Shown: one piece after another, positions 35,801-49,589 of the stretch
How the letters are laid out: every line of letters begins with the position of its first letter
Numbering within the stretch: the stretch's first letter is position 1
Notes under the pieces: model-generated
Databases searched by the model: none
The model's input: the letters and a program-made list of their open reading frames with translations, nothing else
What the model was told of the DNA's origin: nothing
DNA from: Eledone cirrhosa
Taxonomy: Eukaryota
NCBI GenBank assembly: GCA_964016885.1
Contig: OZ024740.1
Coordinates: 433,442,001-433,506,000 of the forward strand
Direction of reading: 5' to 3'
Length of the DNA: 64,000 bases
Translations under genes and position numbers: made by a program

Positions 35801-38159
35801 TTTGGGGTGAAAGACCTAGTTTGAGTCATCTGTTTGGGGTGAAAGACCTAGTTTCTGTCATCTGTTTGGGGTGAAAGACCAAGTTTCTGTAATCTGTTTG
35901 GGCTGAAAGACCTAGTTTCTGTCATCTTTTTGGGATGAAAGACCTAGTTTCTCTCATCTGTTTGGTATGAACATCCTAGTTTCTCTCATCTGTTTGGGAT
36001 GAAAGACTTAGTTTCTCTCATTTGTTTGGGATGAAAGACCTAGTTTCTTTCATCTGGTTGGGGTTAAAGACCTAGTTTCTCCTATCTGTTTGGGGTGAAA
36101 GACCTAGTTTCTCTCATCTGTTTGAGGTGAAAGACCTAGTTTCTTTCATCTGTTTGGGGTGAAAGACCTAGTTTCTCTCATCTCTTTGGGGTGAAAGACC
36201 TAGTTTCTTTTATCTGTTTGGGGTTAAAGACCTAGTTTGTCTCATCTGTTTGGGGTGAAAGACCTAGTTTTTCTCATCTCTTTGGGGTGAAAGACCTAGT
36301 TTCTCTCCTCTGTTTGGGGTGAAAGACCTAGTTTCTCTCATCTGTTTGGGTTAAATGACCTAGTTTCTCTCATCTGTTTGGGGTGAAAGACCTAGTTTCT
36401 CTCATCTGTTTGAGGTGAAAGACATAGTTTCTCTCATCTGTTTGGGGTGAAAGACCTAGTTTCTTTCATCTGTTTGGGGTGAAAGACCTAGTTTCTCTCA
36501 TCTCTTTGGGGTGAAAGACCTAGTTTCTCTCATCTGTTTGGGATGAAAGACCTAGTTTCTCTCATCTGTCTGGGGTAAAAGACCTAGTTTCTCTCATCTG
36601 TTTGGGGTAAAAGTCCTAGTTTCAATCATCTGTTTGGGATGAAAGACCTAGTTTCTTTCATCTGTTTGAGATGAAAGACCTAGTTCCATCTGTTTGAAGT
36701 GAAAGACCTGGTTTCTCTCATCTGTTTGGAGTGAAAAACCTAGTTTCACTCATCTGATTGAGGTGAAAGACTTAGTTTCTCTCATCTGTTTGGGGTGAAA
36801 GACGTAGTTTCTCTCATCAGTTGGGGGTGAAAGACCTAGTTTCTGTCATCTGTTTGAGGTGAAAGGCCTAGTTTCTGTCATCTGTTTGAGGTGAAAGACG
36901 TAGTTTCTCTCATCTGTTTGGAGTGAAAGACCTAGTTTCACTCATCTGTTTGGAGTGTAAGACCTAGTTTCACTCATCTGTTTGGAGTATAAGACCTAGT
37001 TTCACTCATCTGTTTGAGGTGAAAGACTTAGTTTCTCTCATCTGTTTGGGGTGAAAGACGTAGTTTCTCTCATCTGTTTGGGGTGAAAGACCTAGATTCT
37101 GTCATCTGTTTGAGGTGAAAGGCCTAGTTTCTTTCATCTGTTTGGGGTGAAAGACCTAGTTTCTTTCATCTGTTTGGGGTGAAAGACCTAGTTTCTTTCA
37201 TCTGTTTGGGGTGAAAGACCTAGTTTCTTTCATCTGTTTGGGGTGAAAGACCTAGTTTCTCTCATCTGTTAGGGGTGAAAGACCTAGTTTCTTTCATCTG
37301 TTTGGGATGAAAGACCTAGTTTCTTTCATCTGTTTGGGGTGAAAGACCTAGTTTCTTTCATCTGTTTGGGGTGAAAGACCTAGTTTCTTTCATCTGTTTG
37401 GGGTGAAAGACCTAGTTTCTTTCATCTGTTTGGGGTGAAAGACCTAGTTTCTTTCATCTGTTTGGGATGAAAGACCTAGTTTCTTTCATCTGGTTGGGAT
37501 GAAAGACCTAGTTTCTCTCATCTGTTTGGGGTGAAAGACCTAGTTTGTCTCATCTGTTTGGGGTGAAAGACCTAGTTTCTTTCATCTGTTTGGGATGAAA
37601 GACCTAGTTTCTTTCATCTGTTGGGGATGAAAGAACTAGTTTCTTTCATCTGTTTGGGATGAAAGACCTAGTTTCTTTCATCTGTTTGGGGTGAAAGACC
37701 TATTTTCTCTCATCTGTTTGGGATGAAAGACCTAGTTTCTCTCATCTGTTAGGGGTGAAAGACCTAGTTTCTTTCATCTGTTTGGGGTGAAACACCTAGT
37801 TTATCTCATCCGTTTGGGGTGAAAGACCTAGTTTCTCCTATCTGTTTGGGGTGAAAGACCTAGTTTCTCTCATCTGTTTGGGGTGAAAGACCTAGTTTCT
37901 CTCATCTGTTTGGGGTGAAAGACCTAGTTTCTCTCATCTGTTTGGGATGAAAGTCTTAGTTTCTTTCATCTGTTTGGGGTGAAAGACCTAGTTTCTTTCA
38001 TCTGTTTGAGGTGAAAGACCTAGTTCCATCTGTTTGAAGTGAAAGACCTAGTTTCTCTCATCTGTTTGGAGTGAAAGACCTAGTTTCACTCATCTGTTTG
38101 AGGTGAAAGACGTAGTTTCTCTCATCTGTTTGGAGTGAAAGACCTAGTTTCACTCATCT

Positions 38160-41100
38160 GTTTGGAGTGTAAGACCTAGTTTCACTCATCTGTTTGGGGT
38201 GAAAGACCTAGTTTCTCTCATCTGTTTGGGGTGAAAGACCTAGTTTCTGTCATCTGTTTGGGGTGAAAGGCCTAGTTTCTTTCATCTGTTTAGGGTGAAA
38301 GAACTAGTTTCTGTCATCTGTTTGGGGTCAAAGTCCTAGTTTCTGTCATCTTTTTGGAGTGAAAGACCTAGTTTCTCTCATCTGTTTGGGATGAAAGACC
38401 TAGTTTCTCTCATCTGTTTGACGTGAAAGACCTAGTTTCACTCATCTGTTTGGGATGAAAGACCTAGTTTCTTTAATCTGTTTTGGGTGAAAGACCTAGT
38501 TTGTCTCATCTGTTTGGGGTGAAAGACCTAGTTTGAGTCATCTGTTTGGGGTGAAAGACCTAGTTTCTGTCATCTGTTTGGGGTGAAAGACCAAGTTTCT
38601 CTCATCTGTTTGGGATGAAAGACGTAGTTTCTTTCATCTGTTTGGGATGAAAGACCTAGTTTCTGTCATTCGTTTGGCGTGAAATACCTAGTTTCTCTCA
38701 TCTGTCTGAGGTGAAAGACCTAGTTTGTCTCATCTGTTTGGGGTGAAAGACCTAGTTTCTGTAATCTGTTTGGGCTGAAAGACCTAGTTTCTGTCATCTT
38801 TTTGGGGTGAAAGACCTAGTTTCTCTCATCTGTTTGGTATGAACATCCTAGTTTCTCTCATCTGTTTGGGATGAAAGACTTAGTTTCTCTCATTTGTTTG
38901 GGATGAAAGACCTAGTTTCTTTCATCTGGTTGGGGTTAAAGACCTAGTTTCTCCTATCTGTTTGGGGTGAAAGACCTAGTTTCTCTCATCTGTTTGAGGT
39001 GAAAGACCTAGTTTCTTTCATCTGTTTGGGGTGAAAGACCTAGTTTCTCTCATCTCTTTGGGGTGAAAGACCTAGTTTCTTTTATCTGTTTGGGGTTAAA
39101 GACCTAGTTTGTCTCATCTGTTTGGGGTGAAAGACCTAGTTTTTCTCATCTCTTTGGGGTGAAAGACCTAGTTTCTCTCCTCTGTTTGGGGTGAAAGACC
39201 TAGTTTCTCTCATCTGTTTGGGTTAAATGACCTAGTTTCTCTCATCTGTTTGGGGTGAAAGACCTAGTTTCTCTCATCTGTTTGGGGTGAAAGACCTAGT
39301 TTCTCTCATCTGTTTGAGGTGAAAGACATAGTTTCTCTCATCTGTTTGGGGTGAAAGACCTAGTTTCTTTCATCTGTTTGGGGTGAAAGACCTAGTTTCT
39401 CTCATCTCTTTGGGGTGAAAGACCTAGTTTCTCTCATCTGTTTGGGATGAAAGACCTAGTTTCTCTCATCTGTCTGGGGTAAAAGACCTAGTTTCTCTCA
39501 TCTGTTTGGGGTAAAAGTCCTAGTTTCAATCATCTGTTTGGGATGAAAGACCTTGTTTCTCTCGTCAGTTTGGGGTGAAAGATCTAGTTTCTCTCATTTG
39601 TTTGAGGTAAAGACCTAGTTTCTCTCATCTGTTTGGGGTGAAAGACCTAGTTTGTCTCATCTGTTTGGGGTAAAAGACCTAGTTTATCTCTTCTGTTTGG
39701 GGTGAAAGACCTAGTTTCTTTCATCTGTTTGGGATGAAAGACTTAGTTTCTCTCATCTGTTTGGGATGAAAGACCTAGTTTCTTTCATCTGTTTGAGGTG
39801 AAAGACCTAGTTTCTCTCATCTGTTTGGGGTGAAAGACCTAGTTTCTCTCATCTGTTTGGGGTGAAAGACCTACTTTCTCACATCTGTTCGGGGTGAAAG
39901 ACCTAGTTTCTCTCATCTGTTTCAGGTGAAAGACCTAGTTTCTCTCATCTGTGTGGGGTGAAAGACCTAGTTTCTCTCATCTGTTTGGGGTGAAAGACCT
40001 AGTTTCTCTCATCTGTTTGGGATGAAAGACCTAGTTTCTTCCATCTGTTTGGGGTGAAAGACGTAGTTTCTCTCATCTGTTTGGGATGAGAGACCTAGTT
40101 TCTGTCATGTTTGAGGTGAAAGACCTAGTTTCATCTGTTTGAGGTGAAAGACCTAGTTTCTCTCATCTGTTTGGGGTGAAAGACCTAGTTTGTCTCATCT
40201 GTTTGGGGTGAAAGAACTAGTTTGTCTCATCTGTTTGGGGTGAAACACCTAGTTTATCTCATCCGTTTGGGGTGAAAGACCTAGTTTCTCCTATCTGTTT
40301 GGGGTGAAAGACCTAGTTTCTCTCATCTGTTTGGGGTGAAAGACCTAGTTTCTCTCATCTGTTTGGGGTGAAAGACCTAGTTTCTCTCATCTGTTTGGAG
40401 TGAAAGACCTAGTTTCACTCATCTGATTGAGGTGAAAGACTTAGTTTCTCTCATCTGTTTGGGGTGAAAGACGTAGTTTCTCTCATCTGTTTGGGGTGAA
40501 AGACCTAGTTTCTGTCATCTGTTTGAGGTGAAAGGCCTAGTTTCTTTCATCTGTTTGAGGTGAAAGACGTAGTTTCTCTCATCTGTTTGGAGTGAAAGAC
40601 CTAGTTTCACTCATCTGTTTGGAGTGTAAGACCTAGTTTCACTCATCTGTTTGGGATGAAAGACCTAGTTTCTTTCATCTGGTTGGGATGAAAGACCTAG
40701 TTTCTCTCATCTGTTTGGGGTGAATGACCTAGTTTCTTTCATCTGTTTGGGGTGAAAGACCTAGTTTCTTTCATCTGTTTGGGGTGAAAGACCTAGTTTC
40801 TTTCATCTGTTTGGGATGAAAGACCTATTTTCTCTCATCTGTTTGGGATGAAAGACCTAGTTTCTCTCATCTGTTAGGGGTGAAAGACCTAGTTTCTTTC
40901 ATCTGTTTGGGGTGAAACACCTAGTTTATCTCATCCGTTTGGGGTGAAAGACCTAGTTTCTCCTATCTGTTTGGGGTGAAAGACCTAGTTTCTCTCATCT
41001 GTTTGGGGTGAAAGACCTAGTTTCTCTCATCTGTTTGGGATGAAAGTCCTAGTTTCTTTCATCTGTTTGGGGTGAAAGACCTAGTTTCTTTCATCTGTTT

Positions 41101-44100
41101 GAGGTGAAAGACCTAGTTCCATCTGTTTGAAGTGAAAGACCTAGTTTCTCTCATCTGTTTGGAGTGAAAGACCTAGTTTCACTCATCTAATTGAGGTGAA
41201 AGACTTAGTTTCTCTCATCTGTTTGGGGTGAAAGACGTAGTTTCTCTCATCTGTTTGGGGTGAAAGACCTAGTTTCTGTCATCTGTTTGAGGTGAAATGC
41301 CTAGTTTCTTTCATCTGTTTGAGGTGAAAGACGTAGTTTCTCTCATCTGTTTGGAGTGAAAGACGTAGTTTCACTCATCTGTTTGGAGTGTAAGACCTAG
41401 TTTCACTCATCTGTTTGAGGTGAAAGACTTAGTTTCTCTCATCTGTTTGGGGTGAAAGACGTAGTTTCTCTCATCTGTTTGGGGTGAAAGACCTAGATTC
41501 TGTCATCTGTTTGAGGTGAAAGGCCTAGTTTCTTTCATCTGTTTGGGGTGAAAGACCTAGTTTCTTTCATCTGTTTGGGGTGAAAGACCTAGTTTCTTTC
41601 ATCTGTTTGGGGTGAAAGACCTAGTTTCTCTCATCTGTTAGGGGTGAAAGACCTAGTTTCTTTCATCTGTTTGGGATGAAAGACCTAGTTTCTTTCATCT
41701 GTTTGGGGTGAAAGACCTAGTTTCTTTCATCTGTTTGGGGTGAAAGACCTAGTTTCTTTCAACTGTTTGGGGTGAAAGACCTAGTTTCTTTCATCTGTTT
41801 GGGATGAAAGACCTAGTTTCTTTCATCTGGTTGGGATGAAAGACCTAGTTTCTCTCATCTGTTTGGGGTGAAAGACCTAGTTTGTCTCATCTGTTTGGGG
41901 TGAAAGACCTAGTTTATCTCATCTGTTTGGGGTGAAAGACCTAGTTTCTCCTATCTGTTTGGGGTGAAAGACCTAGTTTCTTTCATCTGTTTGGGATGAA
42001 AGACTTAGTTTCTCTCATCTGTTTGGGATGAAAGACCTAGTTTCTTTCATCTGTTTGAGGTGAAAGACCTAGTTTCTCTCATCTGTTTGGGGTGAAAGAC
42101 CTAGTTTCTCTCATCTGTTTGGAGTGTAAGACCTAGTTTCACTCATCTGTTTGGGGTGAAAGACCTAGTTTCTCTCATCTGTTTGGGGTGAAAGACCTAG
42201 TTTCTGTCATCTGTTTGGGGTGAAAGGCCTAGTTTCTTTCATCTGTTTAGGGTGAAAGAACTAGTTTCTGTCATCTGTTTGGGGTCAAAGTCCTAGTTTC
42301 TGTCATCTTTTTGGAGTGAAAGACCTAGTTTCTCTCATCTGTTTGGGATGAAAGACCTAGTTTCTCTCATCTGTTTGACGTGAAAGACCTAGTTTCACTC
42401 ATCTGTTTGGGATGAAAGACCTAGTTTCTTTAATCTGTTTTGGGTGAAAGACCTAGTTTGTCTCATCTGTTTGGGGTGAAAGACCTAGTTTGAGTCAACT
42501 GTTTGGGGTGAAAGACCTAGTTTCTGTCATCTGTTTGGGGTGAAAGACCAAGTTTCTCTCATCTGTTTGGGATGAAAGACGTAGTTTCTTTCATCTGTTT
42601 GGGATGAAAGACCTAGTTTCTGTCATTCGTTTGGCGTGAAATACCTAGTTTCTCTCATCTGTCTGAGGTGAAAGACCTAGTTTGTCTCATCTGTTTGGGG
42701 TGAAAGACCTAGTTTCTGTAATCTGTTTGGGCTGAAAGACCTAGTTTCTGTCATCTTTTTGGGGTGAAAGACCTAGTTTCTCTCATCTGTTTGGTATGAA
42801 CATCCTAGTTTCTCTCATCTGTTTGGGATGAAAGACTTAGTTTCTCTCATTTGTTTGGGATGAAAGACCTAGTTTCTTTCATCTGGTTGGGGTTAAAGAC
42901 CTAGTTTCTCCTATCTGTTTGGGGTGAAAGACCTAGTTTCTCTCATCTGTTTGAGGTGAAAGACCTAGTTTCTTTCATCTGTTTGGGGTGAAAGACCTAG
43001 TTTCTCTCATCTCTTTGGGGTGAAAGACCTAGTTTCTTTTATCTGTTTGGGGTTAAAGACCTAGTTTGTCTCATCTGTTTGGGGTGAAAGACCTAGTTTT
43101 TCTCATCTCTTTGGGGTGAAAGACCTAGTTTCTCTCCTCTGTTTGGGGTGAAAGACCTAGTTTCTCTCATCTGTTTGGGTTAAATGACCTAGTTTCTCTC
43201 ATCTGTTTGGGGTGAAAGACCTAGTTTCTCTCATCTGTTTGGGGTGAAAGACCTAGTTTCTCTCATCTGTTTGAGGTGAAAGACATAGTTTCTCTCATCT
43301 GTTTGGGGTGAAAGACCTAGTTTCTTTCATCTGTTTGGGGTGAAAGACCTAGTTTCTCTCATCTCTTTGGGGTGAAAGACCTAGTTTCTCTCATCTGTTT
43401 GGGATGAAAGACCTAGTTTCTCTCATCTGTCTGGGGTAAAAGACCTAGTTTCTCTCATCTGTTTGGGGTAAAAGTCCTAGTTTCAATCATCTGTTTGGGA
43501 TGAAAGACCTTGTTTCTCTCGTCAGTTTGGGGTGAAAGATCTAGTTTCTCTCATTTGTTTGAGGTAAAGACCTAGTTTCTCTCATCTGTTTGGGGTGAAA
43601 GACCTAGTTTGTCTCATCTGTTTGGGGTAAAAGACCTAGTTTATCTCTTCTGTTTGGGGTGAAAGACCTAGTTTCTTTCATCTGTTTGGGATGAAAGACT
43701 TAGTTTCTCTCATCTGTTTGGGATGAAAGACCTAGTTTCTTTCATCTGTTTGAGGTGAAAGACCTAGTTTCTCTCATCTGTTTGGGGTGAAAGACCTAGT
43801 TTCTCTCATCTGTTTGGGGTGAAAGACCTACTTTCTCACATCTGTTCGGGGTGAAAGACCTAGTTTCTCTCATCTGTTTCAGGTGAAAGACCTAGTTTCT
43901 CTCATCTGTGTGGGGTGAAAGACCTAGTTTCTCTCATCTGTTTGGGGTGAAAGACCTAGTTTCTCTCATCTGTTTGGGATGAAAGACCTAGTTTCTTCCA
44001 TCTGTTTGGGGTGAAAGACGTAGTTTCTCTCATCTGTTTGGGATGAGAGACCTAGTTTCTGTCATGTTTGAGGTGAAAGACCTAGTTTCTCTCATCTGTT

Positions 44101-46050
44101 TGGGGTGAAAGACCTAGTTTGTCTCATCTGTTTGGGGTGAAAGAACTAGTTTGTCTCATCTGTTTGGGGTGAAACACCTAGTTTATCTCATCCGTTTGGG
44201 GTGAAAGACCTAGTTTCTCCTATCTGTTTGGGGTGAAAGACCTAGTTTCTCTCATCTGTTTGGGGTGAAAGACCTAGTTTCTCTCATCTGTTTGGGGTGA
44301 AAGACCTAGTTTCTCTCATCTGTTTGGAGTGAAAGACCTAGTTTCACTCATCTGATTGAGGTGAAAGACTTAGTTTCTCTCATCTGTTTGGGGTGAAAGA
44401 CGTAGTTTCTCTCATCTGTTTGGGGTGAAAGACCTAGTTTCTGTCATCTGTTTGAGGTGAAAGGCCTAGTTTCTTTCATCTGTTTGAGGTGAAAGACGTA
44501 GTTTCTCTCATCTGTTTGGAGTGAAAGACCTAGTTTCACTCATCTGTTTGGAGTGTAAGACCTAGTTTCACTCATCTGTTTGGGATGAAAGACCTAGTTT
44601 CTTTCATCTGGTTGGGATGAAAGACCTAGTTTCTCTCATCTGTTTGGGGTGAATGACCTAGTTTCTTTCATCTGTTTGGGGTGAAAGACCTAGTTTCTTT
44701 CATCTGTTTGGGGTGAAAGACCTAGTTTCTTTCATCTGTTTGGGATGAAAGACCTATTTTCTCTCATCTGTTTGGGATGAAAGACCTAGTTTCTCTCATC
44801 TGTTAGGGGTGAAAGACCTAGTTTCTTTCATCTGTTTGGGGTGAAACACCTAGTTTATCTCATCCGTTTGGGGTGAAAGACCTAGTTTCTCCTATCTGTT
44901 TGGGGTGAAAGACCTAGTTTCTCTCATCTGTTTGGGGTGAAAGACCTAGTTTCTCTCATCTGTTTGGGATGAAAGTCCTAGTTTCTTTCATCTGTTTGGG
45001 GTGAAAGACCTAGTTTCTTTCATCTGTTTGAGGTGAAAGACCTAGTTCCATCTGTTTGAAGTGAAAGACCTAGTTTCTCTCATCTGTTTGGAGTGAAAGA
45101 CCTAGTTTCACTCATCTAATTGAGGTGAAAGACTTAGTTTCTCTCATCTGTTTGGGGTGAAAGACGTAGTTTCTCTCATCTGTTTGGGGTGAAAGACCTA
45201 GTTTCTGTCATCTGTTTGAGGTGAAATGCCTAGTTTCTTTCATCTGTTTGAGGTGAAAGACGTAGTTTCTCTCATCTGTTTGGAGTGAAAGACGTAGTTT
45301 CACTCATCTGTTTGGAGTGTAAGACCTAGTTTCACTCATCTGTTTGAGGTGAAAGACTTAGTTTCTCTCATCTGTTTGGGGTGAAAGACGTAGTTTCTCT
45401 CATCTGTTTGGGGTGAAAGACCTAGATTCTGTCATCTGTTTGAGGTGAAAGGCCTAGTTTCTTTCATCTGTTTGGGGTGAAAGACCTAGTTTCTTTCATC
45501 TGTTTGGGGTGAAAGACCTAGTTTCTTTCATCTGTTTGGGGTGAAAGACCTAGTTTCTCTCATCTGTTAGGGGTGAAAGACCTAGTTTCTTTCATCTGTT
45601 TGGGATGAAAGACCTAGTTTCTTTCATCTGTTTGGGGTGAAAGACCTAGTTTCTTTCATCTGTTTGGGGTGAAAGACCTAGTTTCTTTCATCTGTTTGGG
45701 GTGAAAGACCTAGTTTCTTTCATCTGTTTGGGATGAAAGACCTAGTTTCTTTCATCTGGTTGGGATGAAAGACCTAGTTTCTCTCATCTGTTTGGGGTGA
45801 AAGACCTAGTTTGTCTCATCTGTTTGGGGTGAAAGACCTAGTTTATCTCATCTGTTTGGGGTGAAAGACCTAGTTTCTCCTATCTGTTTGGGGTGAAAGA
45901 CCTAGTTTCTTTCATCTGTTTGGGATGAAAGACTTAGTTTCTCTCATCTGTTTGGGATGAAAGACCTAGTTTCTTTCATCTGTTTGAGGTGAAAGACCTA
46001 GTTTCTCTCATCTGTTTGGGGTGAAAGACCTAGTTTCTCTCATCTGTTTG
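38160..46050 (+). repeat. ~3.95 kb higher-order tandem duplication (junction ~42120)
   Basis: TAGGGTGAAAGAACTAG at 38291 and 42248 (offset 3957). The later offset is 3929 (41101 vs 45030) after loss of one 28-bp monomer. Confidence 0.85.
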
Positions 46051-49000
46051 GGGTGAAAGACCTACTTTCTCACATCTGTTCGGGGTGAAAGACCTAGTTT
46101 CTCTCATCTGTTTCAGGTGAAAGACCTAGTTTCTCTCATCTGTTTGGGGTGAAAGACCTAGTTTCTCTCATCTGTTTGGGATGAAAGACCTAGTTTCTTC
46201 CATCTGTTTGGGGTGAAAGACGTAGTTTCTCTCATCTGTTTGGGATGAGAGACCTAGTTTCTGTCATGTTTGAGGTGAAAGACCTAGTTTCATCTGTTTG
46301 AGGTGAAAGACCTAGTTTCTCTCATCTGTTTGGGGTGAAAGACCTAGTTTGTCTCATCTGTTTGGGGTGAAACACCTAGTTTATCTCATCCGTTTGGGGT
46401 GAAAGACCTAGTTTCTCCTATCTGTTTGGGGTGAAAGACCTAGTTTCTCTCATCTGTTTGGGGTGAAAGACCTAGTTTCTCTCATCTGTTTGGGGTGAAA
46501 GACCTAGTTTCTCTCATCTGTTTGGGATGAAAGTCCTAGTTTCTTTCATCTGTGTGGGGTGAAAGACCTAGTTTCTTTCATCTGTTTGAGGTGAAAGACC
46601 TAGTTCCATCTGTTTGAAGTGAAAGACCTAGTTTCTCTCATCTGTTTGGAGTGAAAGACCTAGTTTCACTCATCTGATTGAGGTGAAAGACTTAGTTTCT
46701 CTCATCTGTTTGGGGTGAAAGACGTAGTTTCTCTCATCTGTTTGGGGTGAAAGACCTAGTTTCTGTCATCTGTTTGAGGTGAAAGGCCTAGTTTCTTTCA
46801 TCTGTTTGAGGTGAAAGACGTAGTTTCTCTCATCTGTTTGGAGTGAAAGACCTAGTTTCACTCATCTGTTTGGAGTGTATGACCTAGTTTCACTCATCTG
46901 TTTGAGGTGAAAGACCTAGATTCTGTCATCTGTTTGAGGTGAAAGGCCTAGTTTCTTTCATCTGTTTGGGGTGAAAGACCTAGTTTCTTTCATCTGTTTG
47001 GGGTGAAAGACCTAGTTTCTTTCATCTGTTTGGGGTGAAAGACCTAGTTTCTCTCATCTGTTAGGGGTGAAAGACCTAGTTTCTTTCATCTGTTTGGGAT
47101 GAAAGACCTAGTTTCTTTCATCTGTTTGGGGTGAAAGACCTAATTTCTTTCATCTGTTTGGGGTGAAAGACCTAGTTTCTTTCATCTGTTTGGGATGAAA
47201 GACCTAGTTTCTTTCATCTGGTTGGGATGAAAGACCTAGTTTCTCTCATCTGTTTGGGGTGAAAGACCTAGTTTGTCTCATCTGTTTGGGGTGAAAGACC
47301 TAGTTTCTTTCATCTGTTTGGGATGAAAGACCTAGTTTCTTTCATCTGTTTGGGATGAAAGACCTAGTTTCTTTCATCTGTTTGGGATGAAAGACCTAGT
47401 TTCTTTCATCTGTTTGGGGTGAAAGACCTAGTTTCTTTCATCTGTTTCGGATGAAAGACCTATTTTCTCTCATCTGTTTGGGATGAAAGACCTAGTTTCT
47501 CTCATCTGTTAGGGGTGAAAGACCTAGTTTCTTTCATCTGTTTGGGGTGAAACACCTAGTTTATCTCATCCGTTTGGGGTGAAAGACCTAGTTTCTCCTA
47601 TCTGTTTGGGGTGAAAGACCTAGTTTCTCTCATCTGTTTGGGGTGAAAGACCTACTTTCTCACATCTGTTCGGGGTGAAAGACCTAGTTTCTCTCATCTG
47701 TTTCAGGTGAAAGACCTAGTTTCTCTCATCTGTGTGGGGTGAAAGACCTAGTTTCTCTCATCTGTTTGGGGTGAAAGACCTAGTTTCTCTCATCTGTTTG
47801 GGATGAAAGACCTAGTTTCTTCCATCTGTTTGGGGTGAAAGACGTAGTTTCTCTCATCTGTTTGGGATGAGAGACCTAGTTTCTGTCATGTTTGAGGTGA
47901 AAGACCTAGTTTCATCTGTTTGAGGTGAAAGACCTAGTTTCTCTCATCTGTTTGGGGTGAAAGACCTAGTTTGTCTCATCTGTTTGGGGTGAAAGACCTA
48001 GTTTGTCTCATCTGTTTGGGGTGAAACACCTAGTTTATCTCATCCGTTTGGGGTGAAAGACCTAGTTTCTCCTATCTGTTTGGGGTGAAAGACCTAGTTT
48101 CACTCATCTGATTGAGGTGAAAGACTTAGTTTCTCTCATCTGTTTGGGGTGAAAGACGTAGTTTCTCTCATCTGTTTGGGGTGAAAGACCTAGTTTCTGT
48201 CATCTGTTTGAGGTGAAAGGCCTAGTTTCTTTCATCTGTTTGAGGTGAAAGACGTAGTTTCTCTCATCTGTTTGGAGTGAAAGACCTAGTTTCACTCATC
48301 TGTTTGGAGTGTAAGACCTAGTTTCACTCATCTGTTTGGGATGAAAGACCTAGTTTCTTTCATCTGGTTGGGATGAAAGACCTAGTTTCTCTCATCTGTT
48401 TGGGGTGAATGACCTAGTTTCTTTCATCTGTTTGGGGTGAAAGACCTAGTTTCTTTCATCTGTTTGGGGTGAAAGACCTAGTTTCTTTCATCTGTTTGGG
48501 ATGAAAGACCTATTTTCTCTCATCTGTTTGGGATGAAAGACCTAGTTTCTCTCATCTGTTAGGGGTGAAAGACCTAGTTTCTTTCATCTGTTTGGGGTGA
48601 AACACCTAGTTTATCTCATCCGTTTGGGGTGAAAGACCTAGTTTCTCCTATCTGTTTGGGGTGAAAGACCTAGTTTCTCTCATCTGTTTGGGGTGAAAGA
48701 CCTAGTTTCTCTCATCTGTTTGGGATGAAAGTCCTAGTTTCTTTCATCTGTTTGGGGTGAAAGACCTAGTTTCTTTCATCTGTTTGAGGTGAAAGACCTA
48801 GTTCCATCTGTTTGAAGTGAAAGACCTAGTTTCTCTCATCTGTTTGGAGTGAAAGACCTAGTTTCACTCATCTAATTGAGGTGAAAGACTTAGTTTCTCT
48901 CATCTCTTTGGGGTGAAAGACGTAGTTTCTCTCATCTGTTTGGGGTGAAAGACCTAGTTTCTGTCATCTGTTTGAGGTGAAATGCCTAGTTTCTTTCATC

Positions 49001-49589
49001 TGTTTGAGGTGAAAGACGTAGTTTCTCTCATCTGTTTGGAGTGAAAGACGTAGTTTCACTCATCTGTTTGGAGTGTAAGACCTAGTTTCACTCATCTGTT
49101 TGAGGTGAAAGACTTAGTTTCTCTCATCTGTTTGGGGTGAAAGACGTAGTTTCTCTCATCTGTTTGGGGTGAAAGACCTAGATTCTGTCATCTGTTTGAG
49201 GTGAAAGGCCTAGTTTCTTTCATCTGTTTGGGGTGAAAGACCTAGTTTCTTTCATCTGTTTGGGGTGAAAGACCTAGTTTCTTTCATCTGTTTGGGGTGA
49301 AAGACCTAGTTTCTCTCATCTGTTAGGGGTGAAAGACCTAGTTTCTTTCATCTGTTTGGGATGAAAGACCTAGTTTCTTTCATCTGTTTGGGGTGAAAGA
49401 CCTAGTTTCTTTCATCTGTTTGGGGTGAAAGACCTAGTTTCTTTCATCTGTTTGGGGTGAAAGACCTAGTTTCTTTCATCTGTTTGGGATGAAAGACCTA
49501 GTTTCTTTCATCTGGTTGGGATGAAAGACCTAGTTTCTCTCATCTGTTTGGGGTGAAAGACCTAGTTTCTCTCATCTGTTTGGGGTGAA